Positions 19,086 through 29,261 are shown, counted from the stretch's first letter. The stretch is 64,000 nucleotides of DNA from Candidatus Freyarchaeum deiterrae (GCA_037305845.1 CP147778.1:352001-416000); one strand, 5' to 3'. A program made the numbers and translations. The notes: generated from the sequence alone by a model not told the origin.

Positions 19086-19823
19086 TCACTTTTTATCCTC
19101 AAGAAAAGCTTTTCTTATCCAGGGGTTACCCCATCTTTCCTTGCAGAATAAGCCCTCCATAGGAATTCTAGAGGGACCGATCATTCTTTCTTCGCCTCTA
19201 ACACCAATACTCAGTGTTGCTACTGGATCCCAATTACGAGGTATTCCTAGCTTGTCCGCGATTATTTCCATTCTTCTAGGATCCATAATCGGGAAAGCCT
19301 CGTAACCAGCAGCATAGCCCAAACTGGTAGCCATAGTCCACATTGCGAAAATTGCCATGCCCACACAGACTGAGCCATAATGTTTCATAAGATAATTTAT
19401 GGTGGAATCATGGAATGACTCTGAGCCACAACCAATGATTACTACGTCCGCATTCCGTGGATAATCAAACAGACTTCCGTCACGCATCTCTGTAAAAGTC
19501 CAGGGACGGCGTTCTGGAGGGATATACCATATGCGGCCTTGCGTCAACTCTGCGGGATGTTGTCCGAAGGTTTCTTTTGCGGCTTCTCTGGCTATGTCTG
19601 CTATCAAATTTTTCATTTCCTGATCATCGCGTATCACGACGAATCGGTACATCTGCATGTTTTCAGGGCTAGGCGTGTAGCGAGCCGCGTCGAGTATTCT
19701 CTCAACGTCTTCGTCAGGTATGCGTTCACCAGTGTATCTTCTCATGGATCTTCTTAATCTAATGGCGTCCTCTAACCTTTCAGCCCGATTAGGGCTTGGT
19801 TTACCATACTTTTTCTCAGACAA
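19086..19823 (-). CDS. Nitroreductase-family flavoprotein
   Basis: RRSMRRY, AARYTPSPENMQMYRFVVI, ATSLGY and LSIG. Confidence 0.88.
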   Translation of the reverse strand: MSEKKYGKPSPNRAERLEDAIRLRRSMRRYTGERIPDEDVERILDAARYTPSPENMQMYRFVVIRDDQEMKNLIADIAREAAKETFGQHPAELTQGRIWYIPPERRPWTFTEMRDGSLFDYPRNADVVIIGCGSESFHDSTINYLMKHYGSVCVGMAIFAMWTMATSLGYAAGYEAFPIMDPRRMEIIADKLGIPRNWDPVATLSIGVRGEERMIGPSRIPMEGLFCKERWGNPWIRKAFLEDKK

Positions 19824-20053
19824 ATTTCCTCACCCTATTTTCTAACCTAAAGTTTGACTCCATTTTGGTAATAGTTTATTACTAATAAGGTTATTAAAAA
19901 TACCGATGTATATAATTTATTATTGAGCTTATTTAATTTTTCACACAAATATAGTTAAGCCAATTTACCGGATATAACTCCACAATTTCTTTCCCTATAC
20001 GAAAAATTTCAAAAAAGGATAAAGTTACACAAAAAAATATAAAATTTTTATAG

Positions 20054-20623
20054 GTGTTTTTTAATATGAGAGTAAGGTGGCTTGGTAATTCTTGTGTTGA
20101 ACTCCTTGGGAGTAAGCATTTTTTGATTGATCCTAATTTTCTTGTGGAGCCGGAAAATGGTGTGGAACAGGTTTTTGTAACCCATGAGCACGTTGACCAC
20201 TTTGACATCCAAAAATTCGGAAAGTTGAATGCAAGGCTCGTTGCGCCATACCCTGTTTTGAGTATGTACAACCTATATGGTGAGAGGGCCGAGGCTGGGA
20301 GGGAGTTTGACGGTGTTAAAATTTTTGAGAGTTGGTGTTTGAAATCCGAGGAAAGCGTTAGCTACTTTTATGAGGGCGTTCTTCATTCTGGTGATTCAGC
20401 TAGATTTCCAGAGGTGGAGGATGTTAAGCTTGTCTTTACTGCTTGTTTCCCAGATTTTTATGCGGATTATGTTAGCGCTTTCAAGAGAATGAAGCCGGGA
20501 ATAGTAATACCTTTTCATTTCTCAGAACAGAAGAGATATATCGCCGAGGATTTGAGGAAGAGATTAGAAAAAGAAAGAATCGATTGCAGAATTCTCAGAG
20601 TTGGAGAGCCAATTGAGATTTGA
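20054..20623 (+). CDS. MBL-fold metallo-hydrolase (start probably ATG about 20066)
   Basis: WLGNS, LIDP, THEHVDH, HSGD and IPFH. Confidence 0.85.
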   Translation: MFFNMRVRWLGNSCVELLGSKHFLIDPNFLVEPENGVEQVFVTHEHVDHFDIQKFGKLNARLVAPYPVLSMYNLYGERAEAGREFDGVKIFESWCLKSEESVSYFYEGVLHSGDSARFPEVEDVKLVFTACFPDFYADYVSAFKRMKPGIVIPFHFSEQKRYIAEDLRKRLEKERIDCRILRVGEPIEI

Positions 20624-20793
20624 AAAACAATCTGAAGCATAGCCCTTGTTGAAGAAAAGTTTTTAGCAGCTTTAATCCCACTCTCAATTGTTTAACCATT
20701 CACTGCACAGCGCATCTCATCAAGTGTAGATCAGTCAGGGTTTTAGCAAAAAAATGAAATTATTCCGGGCCGCCTTTTTTTAAAAAATAGATT

Positions 20794-20815
20794 TTTCAGG
20801 GGAATTCCCCTGAAA
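20794..20815. terminator. Perfect 22-bp palindrome between convergent genes
   Basis: TTTCAGGGGAATTCCCCTGAAA, 10 bp past the stop of 20825..21646. Confidence 0.55.
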
Positions 20816-20824
20816 CGTTTGATT

Positions 20825-21646
20825 TCATTTTTTAGGCTTGGCTTTGGTTCCCGGTGTTTTTTCGCCTACTAATCTTCGGAACCAGTTCGGTAGGACGTAT
20901 CCAATGTATGCGAATATGCTTGCTATTAGTCCCATGGTCCACGCGATGGGTACGTATATACTCCAGCCTTCTGTGAGTACTGCCTCTATGAAAAAGAACA
21001 CGAAGAATAGTGCCAGGAAAACAGAGGTCAGAGCAATCATTACGAAGCCGTAGCGGGATAATTTCTTATCGCTCTCTCTGAATGCTTTTACTGCCAGGTA
21101 TATTAACGGGATGTATGTCATCAATCCAACTATCGTTGCTAGTATAAAGCTTGATGTAACATTGAAAAATATTAGGGGGTAAATGAACAATGGTGCAAAG
21201 GCTGCTGAGTAGAGGGCCATCCATTTTCTCTTTTTCTGAAGAAATGCTTCGAGACTGAACGCGTATAGGAAAAGATTTGCCAGGTCAGCCAGTGCGAAGG
21301 AGAATGTGAAAATGTAAATGGAACCCGTTAGCCATCCCTGGGTAAGGATTATGAACCAGTCTGAAAGATTAGAGTAGAAGTGCCCTAGAATCCTGAAAGG
21401 AAACACGTAGCCATCGTATATCCAATCCTGGATAAGTATGGGATAAATTGACAGGTGGTTGATGTGACTCCAAGCAACAAAGAACGCCGCAAGAGCAAAG
21501 AGAATAAAGGTAAGGGCCAAATAAATCAGGGCGATTTTCCGTACTTTCCAAAACCGCCAAATGAAATTAGCACTGACGAAGAGCACAAGCGCAGTTATTA
21601 GGAACTCATAATAAATTAGGTATACTAGATAATCAGGTGTTAACAT
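20825..21646 (-). CDS. Orphan seven-TM membrane protein
   Basis: Seven hydrophobic segments, a long loop between TM2 and TM3, C-terminal YIGYVLPNWF, and GAGGT upstream. Confidence 0.75.
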   Translation of the reverse strand: MLTPDYLVYLIYYEFLITALVLFVSANFIWRFWKVRKIALIYLALTFILFALAAFFVAWSHINHLSIYPILIQDWIYDGYVFPFRILGHFYSNLSDWFIILTQGWLTGSIYIFTFSFALADLANLFLYAFSLEAFLQKKRKWMALYSAAFAPLFIYPLIFFNVTSSFILATIVGLMTYIPLIYLAVKAFRESDKKLSRYGFVMIALTSVFLALFFVFFFIEAVLTEGWSIYVPIAWTMGLIASIFAYIGYVLPNWFRRLVGEKTPGTKAKPKK

Positions 21647-21778
21647 CTTTCTAACCTCACTTGCTTTAAACTCTAAAAATAGAAAATTAATTTGATTTAA
21701 TTAAATTAATGAATTAATAGTATTTAAAATTTTTTAGAAAAAGTTAAAGAATTGTAAAAAAATTGTATTTTTTTATTA

Positions 21779-21859
21779 TTAATGGGAGTGTCTCAGTTGA
21801 AGTGCTTTAATCATTTGAACCGCTTCTTCAACTGTATGGTTTAGTGGAACATTGTTTAT
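21779..21859 (-). pseudogene. Out-of-frame relic of a homologous acyl-CoA synthetase 3' end
   Basis: Translates INNVPLNHTVEEAVQMIKALQLRHSH*, versus the in-gene copy INNVPVAHTVEEAVQMVKGLKMRH 79 bp away. Confidence 0.8.
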
Positions 21860-23243
21860 CTTCACCATGTCGCATTTTCAGACCTTTGACCATTTGAACC
21901 GCTTCTTCAACGGTGTGGGCTACTGGCACATTGTTTATTTCGAATCCTTCGATGATTATATCATATTTTAGGAGCCAGGGAACATAGGCTACCACTGGTT
22001 TGCCATACTCTTGGGCTATGTTTGATAAGCGACGTCCTATCTGCATAGTGATTGTGGGTGGATACGGGAATGTGAGAACAATAACCGCTTCAACTTTTTC
22101 TTGTTTGAGTAAGTATTCGAACACCTTTTCCACATCTGGATCCTCTGCGCTTCCGGTGAGATCTATGGGGTTTGTTACTGTGGCTATGCGCGCCGCCGTG
22201 GGGTTAATCAACTGTCTCATTTCCTTCTGTTCTTCTTCTGTAAACTCCACTAGGTTTAGGCCGTATTTGGCTATCAAATCCGCGCAGATTACTCCGTGTC
22301 CTCCCGAAACCGTTACTACGGCCACGTTTCCGTTTTTTATAGGTTTGGAGCATAATGAAAGTATCTTCGCGAAACTGATTATTTCCTGTTCGCTTTCCGC
22401 TTCTACGATTCCGTACTGCTTAAAAATGTCTGAGGCTAATTGAGGGGATGCTGCGACTGAACTCGTATGAGACATGGCAGCCCTCTGACCGCCAGCAGTT
22501 TTTCCCGCTCTGTACACTATGATGTTTTTATTTTCCGTGAATTCCTTTGACGCATCGAGAAATCTTCTACCTTCTCCGGGCCTAAATCCCTCCAAATACA
22601 TGGCCACAGTCTGAGTCCTTTTATCATTAAGGAAATACTCCATGAGAATTGCTTCATCCACCACCGCCTTATTGCCTATACTTACTGCGGCTGAAACTCC
22701 TATTTTTCTTTCCGCGTATTTGCTTAGAAACTGGTCCACAATAAAGCCGCCACTCTGACTTAATATGGCCACGTTTCCTGGTGGAGGTTTTAGCATCCTT
22801 TCACTAGGTATAAAGAAAGTGTCAACATAAGGTGGGCTGTACACGCCCATACAGTTGGGACCTATAAGAGCAAGATCATACTCGTTCGCTATCTTGACAA
22901 GCTCATTTTGGAGTTCTATTCCACTATCTCCAACCTCCGCAAAGCCTCCCGAGATAACAATTGCTCCTCCGATACCCGCCTTTCCACATTCCTCCAACGC
23001 CGTGTTTACGAGGTCCGCCCGTATGACTATACATGCCAAATCAACCGGGTTGGGAATATCCGTAACCGTTTTATAAATTTCAGTGCCCTCAATGTTTCCT
23101 CCCTTAAGGTTGACCGGTATAGTTTCGACACTCATTTCATGATGATTTTTGTTAAAAATAACTGTCCCAGGATTCAATGGGTCGTTGATTGAAACTCCTA
23201 CAACCGCCATTCTTTTCGGCTCGAAAACTTTTTTGAAGTCCAT
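21828..23243 (-). CDS. acdA: ADP-forming acetate/acyl-CoA synthetase alpha subunit
   Basis: CoA-binding N-terminus, GGFAE, IGPNCMG, SQSG, SIGNK, AAMSHT (phospho-His), SGG.GV and NPIDL. Confidence 0.88.
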   Translation of the reverse strand: MDFKKVFEPKRMAVVGVSINDPLNPGTVIFNKNHHEMSVETIPVNLKGGNIEGTEIYKTVTDIPNPVDLACIVIRADLVNTALEECGKAGIGGAIVISGGFAEVGDSGIELQNELVKIANEYDLALIGPNCMGVYSPPYVDTFFIPSERMLKPPPGNVAILSQSGGFIVDQFLSKYAERKIGVSAAVSIGNKAVVDEAILMEYFLNDKRTQTVAMYLEGFRPGEGRRFLDASKEFTENKNIIVYRAGKTAGGQRAAMSHTSSVAASPQLASDIFKQYGIVEAESEQEIISFAKILSLCSKPIKNGNVAVVTVSGGHGVICADLIAKYGLNLVEFTEEEQKEMRQLINPTAARIATVTNPIDLTGSAEDPDVEKVFEYLLKQEKVEAVIVLTFPYPPTITMQIGRRLSNIAQEYGKPVVAYVPWLLKYDIIIEGFEINNVPVAHTVEEAVQMVKGLKMRHGEDKQCSTKPYS

Positions 23244-23437
23244 AATATCCGCTCCTCAAATTATACGCAAAACCTCTCCTTGTCATACTCGAACCCAGAT
23301 AATGATGATTTGAAAGAACTGGATGAGTAGTTCTTGCGTGTTTATGTTTTACGGTTATTTTAATGGTATCCTGTATTTATAACGATTATCATTTTTCAGC
23401 CACATGCTTTAAAGAAAGTAATGCTTGTTTGAGAGTT

Positions 23438-23983
23438 TTAGCGTATTTTGCCTCCACATCTGGGGCAGTATACAGTATCTGGAGGTATCCGACGACCGCA
23501 GTACATACAGTACCGATCTGAACCATATTCGGACTCGGTTCTTCTATTCTCTATCCCTTGATCTGTTAAGTCGTTTGGCTGTGGTGAAAGTCTGCTTATA
23601 GCGCTTTCTATTGCTTTTTTAACCGCATATTGTAGGCGTTCAACACCACCCAAAGCTAGGAACACGAACACGAAAAAGACTGTAAAGAAAATTCCATAGT
23701 ATATGAAAAACAAGGAGACAATTACCAGCGCGACTGTTAAAATCAGAGAAAGGACAAGGAGGGTATAATTGTACCCAGCTCTACCTTCGTAAACGATGTT
23801 TGAGCCGCTTTTGTAGATTTGGAGTCTACCCTTTGTATTAATACCAGTGCGTGCCTTCCATTCAAACTGGTTTTTCCTCTTAACGCGGATGCTTTGAGAA
23901 TTCAACTCCTCATTAAGAATCTCAGCGAACTCATCAATTCTACGCCCTTCTTCAGGAATAGAACCGTAAATGTCTTGTTTCAT
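23438..23983 (-). CDS. Membrane protein with C-terminal zinc ribbon
   Basis: Two TM segments and CMYCG...YCPRCG. GGAGGG upstream of ATG 23983. Confidence 0.75.
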   Translation of the reverse strand: MKQDIYGSIPEEGRRIDEFAEILNEELNSQSIRVKRKNQFEWKARTGINTKGRLQIYKSGSNIVYEGRAGYNYTLLVLSLILTVALVIVSLFFIYYGIFFTVFFVFVFLALGGVERLQYAVKKAIESAISRLSPQPNDLTDQGIENRRTESEYGSDRYCMYCGRRIPPDTVYCPRCGGKIR

Positions 23984-24187
23984 TATTACCCTCCAAGGTC
24001 TTACCCAAGTAAATCTCATAAAACGCATCATTTATTCTTTTTGGGTTTCCAACCCGCATCCATACAAAATATAGTCGGATTTAAAATAAATTAATAGATC
24101 TGCTGGTGTCCGTTTTGTTTAAATAGTATGCTTGATTATTTCTTAGCATAAACTAAATTATCCAAGGGAATTTACAGGGGTGAAAAA

Positions 24188-25369
24188 TTGAGCGTTAAAT
24201 TGGCGGAAGGGGTTTACTGGGTTGGTGCTATAGATTGGAACCTGAGATACTGTGGGTCCTACCAAACACCGCTCGGTACCACATATAACGCGTATTTAAT
24301 TGTTGACAAAAAAATTGCTTTAATCGACGGCGTGAAACACACACACACCGCTGAAATGATTGAAAGAGTGAAAGAAATTGTCGACCCTCAAGACATCGAC
24401 TACCTGATTGTGAACCACGGAGAACCGGATCACGCTGGAAGCATCGAAGATATGCTCAAATTGGCTCCAAAAGCGGAAATAGTCTGTTCCAAAAGAGCCG
24501 AAGACTCACTTCCCGGATACTACAAAATCGACAGACCCTTAAAAATTGTCAAAACCGGCGACACGTTAAACATTGGAAAAAGGAACCTCGTATTCATAGA
24601 AGCACAGATGCTGCACTGGCCTGACAACATGATGACCTACCTGAAAGAAGACCACATACTATTCTCAAACGATCCCTTCGGACAGCACATAGCAACTACA
24701 GAGAGATTTGTGGATGACATTGGAGAGCAAATCGTAATGGATCACGCAGCCAGATACTACGCCCAAATCGTATTAATCTATTCTCAACTGGTTCTCAAAA
24801 AACTGGAGGAAGTTAAAAACCTAAAAGTCCCAATAGACATGATATGTCCGGCTCACGGTTTAATCTGGAAAGAGAAACCCGAGAGAATAATAAACGCCTA
24901 TGAAAAGTGGGCAAAGGGCGAGACAGAAAACAGAGCGGTTATACTCTACGACAGCATGTGGGGAAGCACGGACATGATGGCGAGAGAAATAGCCCGAGCA
25001 CTAATGGACAATGGAGTCCACGCCACAGTGTACCCTGTACGCTTCTCGGATTGGGGCCTCATGACAAGAGACGTTATGCTATCAAAGATTATCCTAATCG
25101 GATCCGCAACCCTAAACATGACCATGATGCCGGCATTGAGAGGATTCCTAGAATTCATGAAAGGACTAAGACCACCGGGCACAAAAATAGCAGCAGCCTT
25201 CGGATCATTCGGATGGGGCGGCGGAGCAGTAAAAAACATCATAGAAGTCCTAAAAGAAATGAAATTCGAAGTAGTGGAACCAGGACTACAATTCAAATGG
25301 GTTCCAACAGAAGAACAACTAAAAGAATGCTATGAATATGGAAAACAATTAGCCCAGAAAATCCAATAA
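24188..25369 (+). CDS. fprA: Flavodiiron protein (FprA, A-type flavoprotein)
   Basis: GTTYNAY, HGEPDH, HWPD, DPFGQH, PAHG, flavodoxin YDSMWGST and FGSFGWGG. Confidence 0.95.
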   Translation: MSVKLAEGVYWVGAIDWNLRYCGSYQTPLGTTYNAYLIVDKKIALIDGVKHTHTAEMIERVKEIVDPQDIDYLIVNHGEPDHAGSIEDMLKLAPKAEIVCSKRAEDSLPGYYKIDRPLKIVKTGDTLNIGKRNLVFIEAQMLHWPDNMMTYLKEDHILFSNDPFGQHIATTERFVDDIGEQIVMDHAARYYAQIVLIYSQLVLKKLEEVKNLKVPIDMICPAHGLIWKEKPERIINAYEKWAKGETENRAVILYDSMWGSTDMMAREIARALMDNGVHATVYPVRFSDWGLMTRDVMLSKIILIGSATLNMTMMPALRGFLEFMKGLRPPGTKIAAAFGSFGWGGGAVKNIIEVLKEMKFEVVEPGLQFKWVPTEEQLKECYEYGKQLAQKIQ

Positions 25370-25492
25370 CAGAAACAAACCGAAAAAACCTGCTCCAAAT
25401 AACTTTTTTTTACTTTATCCATTTATAGGAAGGCAAACTGCGAATTTCCGATGAGCGTGCCGCAAGAAAGAGTTTTGGGAAAGTTTTTAATT

Positions 25493-26161
25493 TTACTTCC
25501 CTATAGGGCATACCTTGATACAAATTCCGCAGAACAATTCACTTGTGTTTAATTGTTTTCCTATTTTTTTCAGATGGCTACCGCATTTTTCCTTATCGGT
25601 GTACCCAGTTTCAAGAGCGTTTACTGGACAAAAATTAATACACGCTTCGCATCCTTCACAAAAATTCTCATTCAAAGGCTCATCGCGGCTCAGAGGGGCG
25701 TTTGTTACAATAGAAACCAAACGTACTCTTGGCCCGTAATTTTTGGTAATCAAAAGATTGTTCTTTCCCAAACAACCGATTCCTGCAAGAACAGCAGCAT
25801 GGCGGTGGGAGAAATCCCCCCTATACTCATCAACATTGTAGGGTTGAGCAGTAGGTATGGGAACCGTTTCATATCCTTCACTCTCCAAGAACCACCCCAG
25901 GTGAAGCGCAATTATGTTTAGTTCATTGTTTACCATGAAATAATTTAAAAAATATTCTCTACTGGGAGCATTCCTTAAAACACCTTTTAAAAGAGGAATA
26001 GCCAGAACCACTACACTTTCTGCATCTTCCAAAATATCATTCGGCCTATAACCCTCGGGAGCTTCTCCGAATCTATCCGCTTCCGCAACTCCCACAATTT
26101 TAGCCCCTAAGTCTTGGGCAATTTTTTTAACTCTAACAGTCAACTCAGCATCTCTAATCAT
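25493..26161 (-). CDS. Epoxyqueuosine reductase/reductive dehalogenase-like 4Fe-4S protein
   Basis: FSHRHAAVLAGIG.LGKNNL...YGPRVRL, CEGCEACINFCP and CGICIKVCP. Confidence 0.8.
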   Translation of the reverse strand: MIRDAELTVRVKKIAQDLGAKIVGVAEADRFGEAPEGYRPNDILEDAESVVVLAIPLLKGVLRNAPSREYFLNYFMVNNELNIIALHLGWFLESEGYETVPIPTAQPYNVDEYRGDFSHRHAAVLAGIGCLGKNNLLITKNYGPRVRLVSIVTNAPLSRDEPLNENFCEGCEACINFCPVNALETGYTDKEKCGSHLKKIGKQLNTSELFCGICIKVCPIGK

Positions 26162-26340
26162 TTTTCATTCACCACTAGTAAAATTTTAAGAGCACTTCCA
26201 AACATTAACTACTTAAGAATAGCACTCTTCTCTCCTTGATATTCTATCCATCAGCAAGTCAAAAAGAAATAATATAATTTAGTTCCTTCCCAAATATATC
26301 TCTGAGTGTGTTTTCGGATTTTATTGGTTTCTCTTTCTTG

Positions 26341-26784
26341 TTACTTTTTGCGTTCTTCCACGCGTAATTCCATGACAATGTGTCCCCAGCCGCCGCATTT
26401 CACTCCGACATCAATGCAACCTGCCCGCTTAAACCTCATTTCATTGGGATCAGTGCCCGCGTAGAGTAACTCATTTGCCGCGTAGATTAGCGGTTGAAGT
26501 GCGCCTAGGGCGTAGATGCAGATTCGCTTCGGGCAGAGCTTGGTTATCAGGCTGCCTGAGTCGAAGTAGAACTTGTCGCCCACCTTGTGCTGACTGTTAC
26601 ACCCGTGTGAATCCACCACCTCGGCAATGATCGTCTTATTCATTAAGACATCCGCCTTTGATAGAACATCCTCATTTCTCGGGTTTTCCCTAAATAGTTT
26701 CATTTCTTCGTCGGTGTAACCCATGCGTTCTTGGAAAAACTTCCATACTTCTTTAGTAACTTTCATTTTTTTGTTCACCTTCAT
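26341..26784 (-). CDS. Cys-motif hypothetical protein (TIGR04076-like)
   Basis: AEVV...GC...HKVGDKF...C..RICIYAL...C.D...GWGHIVMEL. Confidence 0.65.
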   Translation of the reverse strand: MKVNKKMKVTKEVWKFFQERMGYTDEEMKLFRENPRNEDVLSKADVLMNKTIIAEVVDSHGCNSQHKVGDKFYFDSGSLITKLCPKRICIYALGALQPLIYAANELLYAGTDPNEMRFKRAGCIDVGVKCGGWGHIVMELRVEERKK

Positions 26785-27061
26785 TCAGAATTTATCTCGA
26801 AAACTCGTTCGCTACTCATTTACAACGTAGGAGAATAGGTCAAACTTTTTTACCATATTCTAGATCAACTCCCTGATTTCCAAGATTCCTTCAATCCGTC
26901 ATAAATGATAGCTTCGGTCATATCCTTGACTTCTTATCAAGTCGAATTGACGATTTCTTGCCTCACATATAACTTTGTTGAATTTACAATAGGTACACTA
27001 AGTTCCCCATTAGCGCATTTACACGAAAAAATAGGAGGGTTGAAGATAGTTCCAATCAAAA

Positions 27062-27811
27062 TCAAAGGCCTGGGAACGGCGGCGGCATCGCTAGAGCTGT
27101 AGGAACAGGATATTTAACGAATCTTTGGCCCTTCATTCCGGAAACGATTTCTTCTGCTTTAGCTGCGGGAATTGCGAAAAGCATTTCGTTGTCGTGGCTT
27201 AGTGCAAAAGCGCGGTCACCAGCTCCCAGTATTGCTACTTGGCATTCGCCAGTGTTGAATGCGCGTATGATTCCTCCGGTGCAGGAACCAGCAAGTCCTA
27301 GCATTTCGATTTTCAATTTCTTACCTTCTTTATATGTTGCTCCCTGAATGAGTCGCATGATCTGGGCGGGATTTCCGTAAACTAGAATGACGTCTGGAGC
27401 AATTTTTGTTCGTGTTAGGGGGGAGATAACCACTCCTTTATACTTGCCTGGTTTTAAATGGTCCATGTTCTCGAGGAGTGTTTTTGCTGCAGCCTCATTG
27501 GAAACGTGTCCCGCTTCTAAAAATTCCTTTTGCATCATGGATTCGTCAAAAATTTTTATCCAACCGTAGTTTAGACTCGCTGCCGGACATCCGCTATCTT
27601 TTTCGGTTATTCCCATTGTGGAACCTGTTCTGCGGCTTAGGGTTAAACCCTGGCAGACAGCTATTTTTTGTTCTGGTCTTCTCGTTCCCTCTGGAAATTC
27701 GGACTCATCCTTCACTAATTTTACTGCTAGTGGATAGGTTTGAAGTCTAAGTAATTCCTCTAATGACTTTCCAATATCTCTCCAATTTTCCATTTTCTTA
27801 TTCGTACTCAA
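27062..27811 (-). CDS. DUF169 domain protein
   Basis: LRLQTYPLAVK, VCQ, SGCP, PDVILVYGNPAQIMRL, GSC and GDR. Confidence 0.85.
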   Translation of the reverse strand: MSTNKKMENWRDIGKSLEELLRLQTYPLAVKLVKDESEFPEGTRRPEQKIAVCQGLTLSRRTGSTMGITEKDSGCPAASLNYGWIKIFDESMMQKEFLEAGHVSNEAAAKTLLENMDHLKPGKYKGVVISPLTRTKIAPDVILVYGNPAQIMRLIQGATYKEGKKLKIEMLGLAGSCTGGIIRAFNTGECQVAILGAGDRAFALSHDNEMLFAIPAAKAEEIVSGMKGQRFVKYPVPTALAMPPPFPGL

Positions 27812-27870
27812 AAAAGATCACGACCTATTTGAACTTTATTTTCATTTTCTGCCATTCTCACACTTCCTTA

Positions 27871-27894
27871 AAGTTACTTTTAGTAAGTTACTTA
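27871..27894. promoter_or_regulatory. Candidate HxlR-type operator between divergent DUF169 and regulator genes
   Basis: AAGTTACTT twice at 14-bp spacing, an overlapping TTACT-N3-AGTAA palindrome and a TAAGT-N-ACTTA palindrome. Confidence 0.5.
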
Positions 27895-27955
27895 TAATTT
27901 ATCAGTCAATATATTTAGGTAATACTTAAATATTTTGTAACCCCTTTGTAACTAG

Positions 27956-28354
27956 GTGACCTTCTTGGTGCGTATTTATAAATGTCCAATTTCAACAGCG
28001 TTGGAATACATTGGGAAAAAATGGACATTTGAAATAGTTCGAGACTTGTTTTTTGGTAAAATACATTTTAATGAGTTTCTCGAGTCAAACCCAAATTTGA
28101 GCGGTAAAGTATTATCTGAGCGTTTAAAGGAATTGAGAGATGATGGTATTATTGAAAAAAAAGTTTCAAACACTTTTCCTGTTTCTGTAGAATATGAATT
28201 AACTCCAAAAGGAAGAGCATTAAATAAAATATTATACGAATTAGCTGTTTTCGCAATGAACTTTTGTGAAGAGTTTAATGAAGCTAAGAAGGATAATTCC
28301 TCTTGTGTACTAGTATTAGACACTCTGAAAAAAGCACTAAATATTCAAGAGTAA
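27956..28354 (+). CDS. HxlR/DUF24 winged-helix transcriptional regulator
   Basis: CPI..AL..IGKKW, LSERLKEL and VEYELTPKG. Confidence 0.93.
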   Translation: MTFLVRIYKCPISTALEYIGKKWTFEIVRDLFFGKIHFNEFLESNPNLSGKVLSERLKELRDDGIIEKKVSNTFPVSVEYELTPKGRALNKILYELAVFAMNFCEEFNEAKKDNSSCVLVLDTLKKALNIQE

Positions 28355-28823
28355 AATTTTATGCACACGCTTATTATATTGGATTAAATCTTGATTCTTT
28401 ATTTAACATGTTTGTTTAGAACATTCTTTTTTATTTTCCATTTTCAAAAAAATATTTGAATGAGAGATTATTCTGCCTCTTTTGCCTTATCAAACAGTTT
28501 TACCAATTTGACCAATTAAAAGCAGGTTAGGAACCGATTCCGCAAATTCAATCTCAGAATCGACACTCAGCTCCTCTCTAAGTCTGAGCTTTTTTCAAAC
28601 TCCTTTTTGTATTTCTCGATATCCTTCACCCTAGACTTGTTGATTTAGGTTGAGAAATTTCTCAAAAGTGTTATATGGAATTTATGTACTTTGATATTAA
28701 ACATTCTAAACTTTTTAAACGAATATGATTAGTCCATAATCTAATTTCGATAAGGAAGAAAAATTGAGGTTTAGAAATATTAGGAGGATATAGGCGCATT
28801 CTAAAATTAAAAAGGGTGATTAG

Positions 28824-29261
28824 ATGTCGGAAAAAAAGACTGTGGAAAAGATTATAGATGTGGAGCTTAAATGGAAGGGCAATTTGAAATTTGATGTCAA
28901 AATACGCGGCACTCACGAACTTTTTGTTGACGATTCAGCAGAAGCTGAGGTCTTGGATGAGGGGCCCGCCCCTTCTGATCTTCTCGCAGCAGCCGTTGGG
29001 GCTTGTCTTTCTTCCTCATTTACCTTTTGCATGAGTAAAGCGAGAGCAGAGTTAACGGATCTGACTACTATTGCCAAGGCAGAAGTATCGCGTGTTGAGG
29101 GCCGTTTAAGAGTTACCGGTATAGATGTGACTCTTAATCCCAAGTTTGCGGAGGTCGATGATAAAAAATTGGAGCGTTGCAAAGCGATATTCAGGAATTA
29201 TTGCACCGTCACAGAATCTGTTACTAAGGGAATCCCTGTAAATGTTACCGTGAACACCTAA
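28824..29261 (+). CDS. OsmC-family protein
   Basis: GPAPSDLLAAAVGAC and YCTVTES. Confidence 0.88.
   Translation: MSEKKTVEKIIDVELKWKGNLKFDVKIRGTHELFVDDSAEAEVLDEGPAPSDLLAAAVGACLSSSFTFCMSKARAELTDLTTIAKAEVSRVEGRLRVTGIDVTLNPKFAEVDDKKLERCKAIFRNYCTVTESVTKGIPVNVTVNT

Noticed and set aside
20825-21646. Microbial rhodopsin
   Set aside because: No retinal-binding Lys in helix 7 and no helix C motif.
21779-21938. acdA tail duplication as DGR TR/VR or prophage att site
   Set aside because: Mismatches are not adenine-specific. No RT or integrase, and no intervening element.
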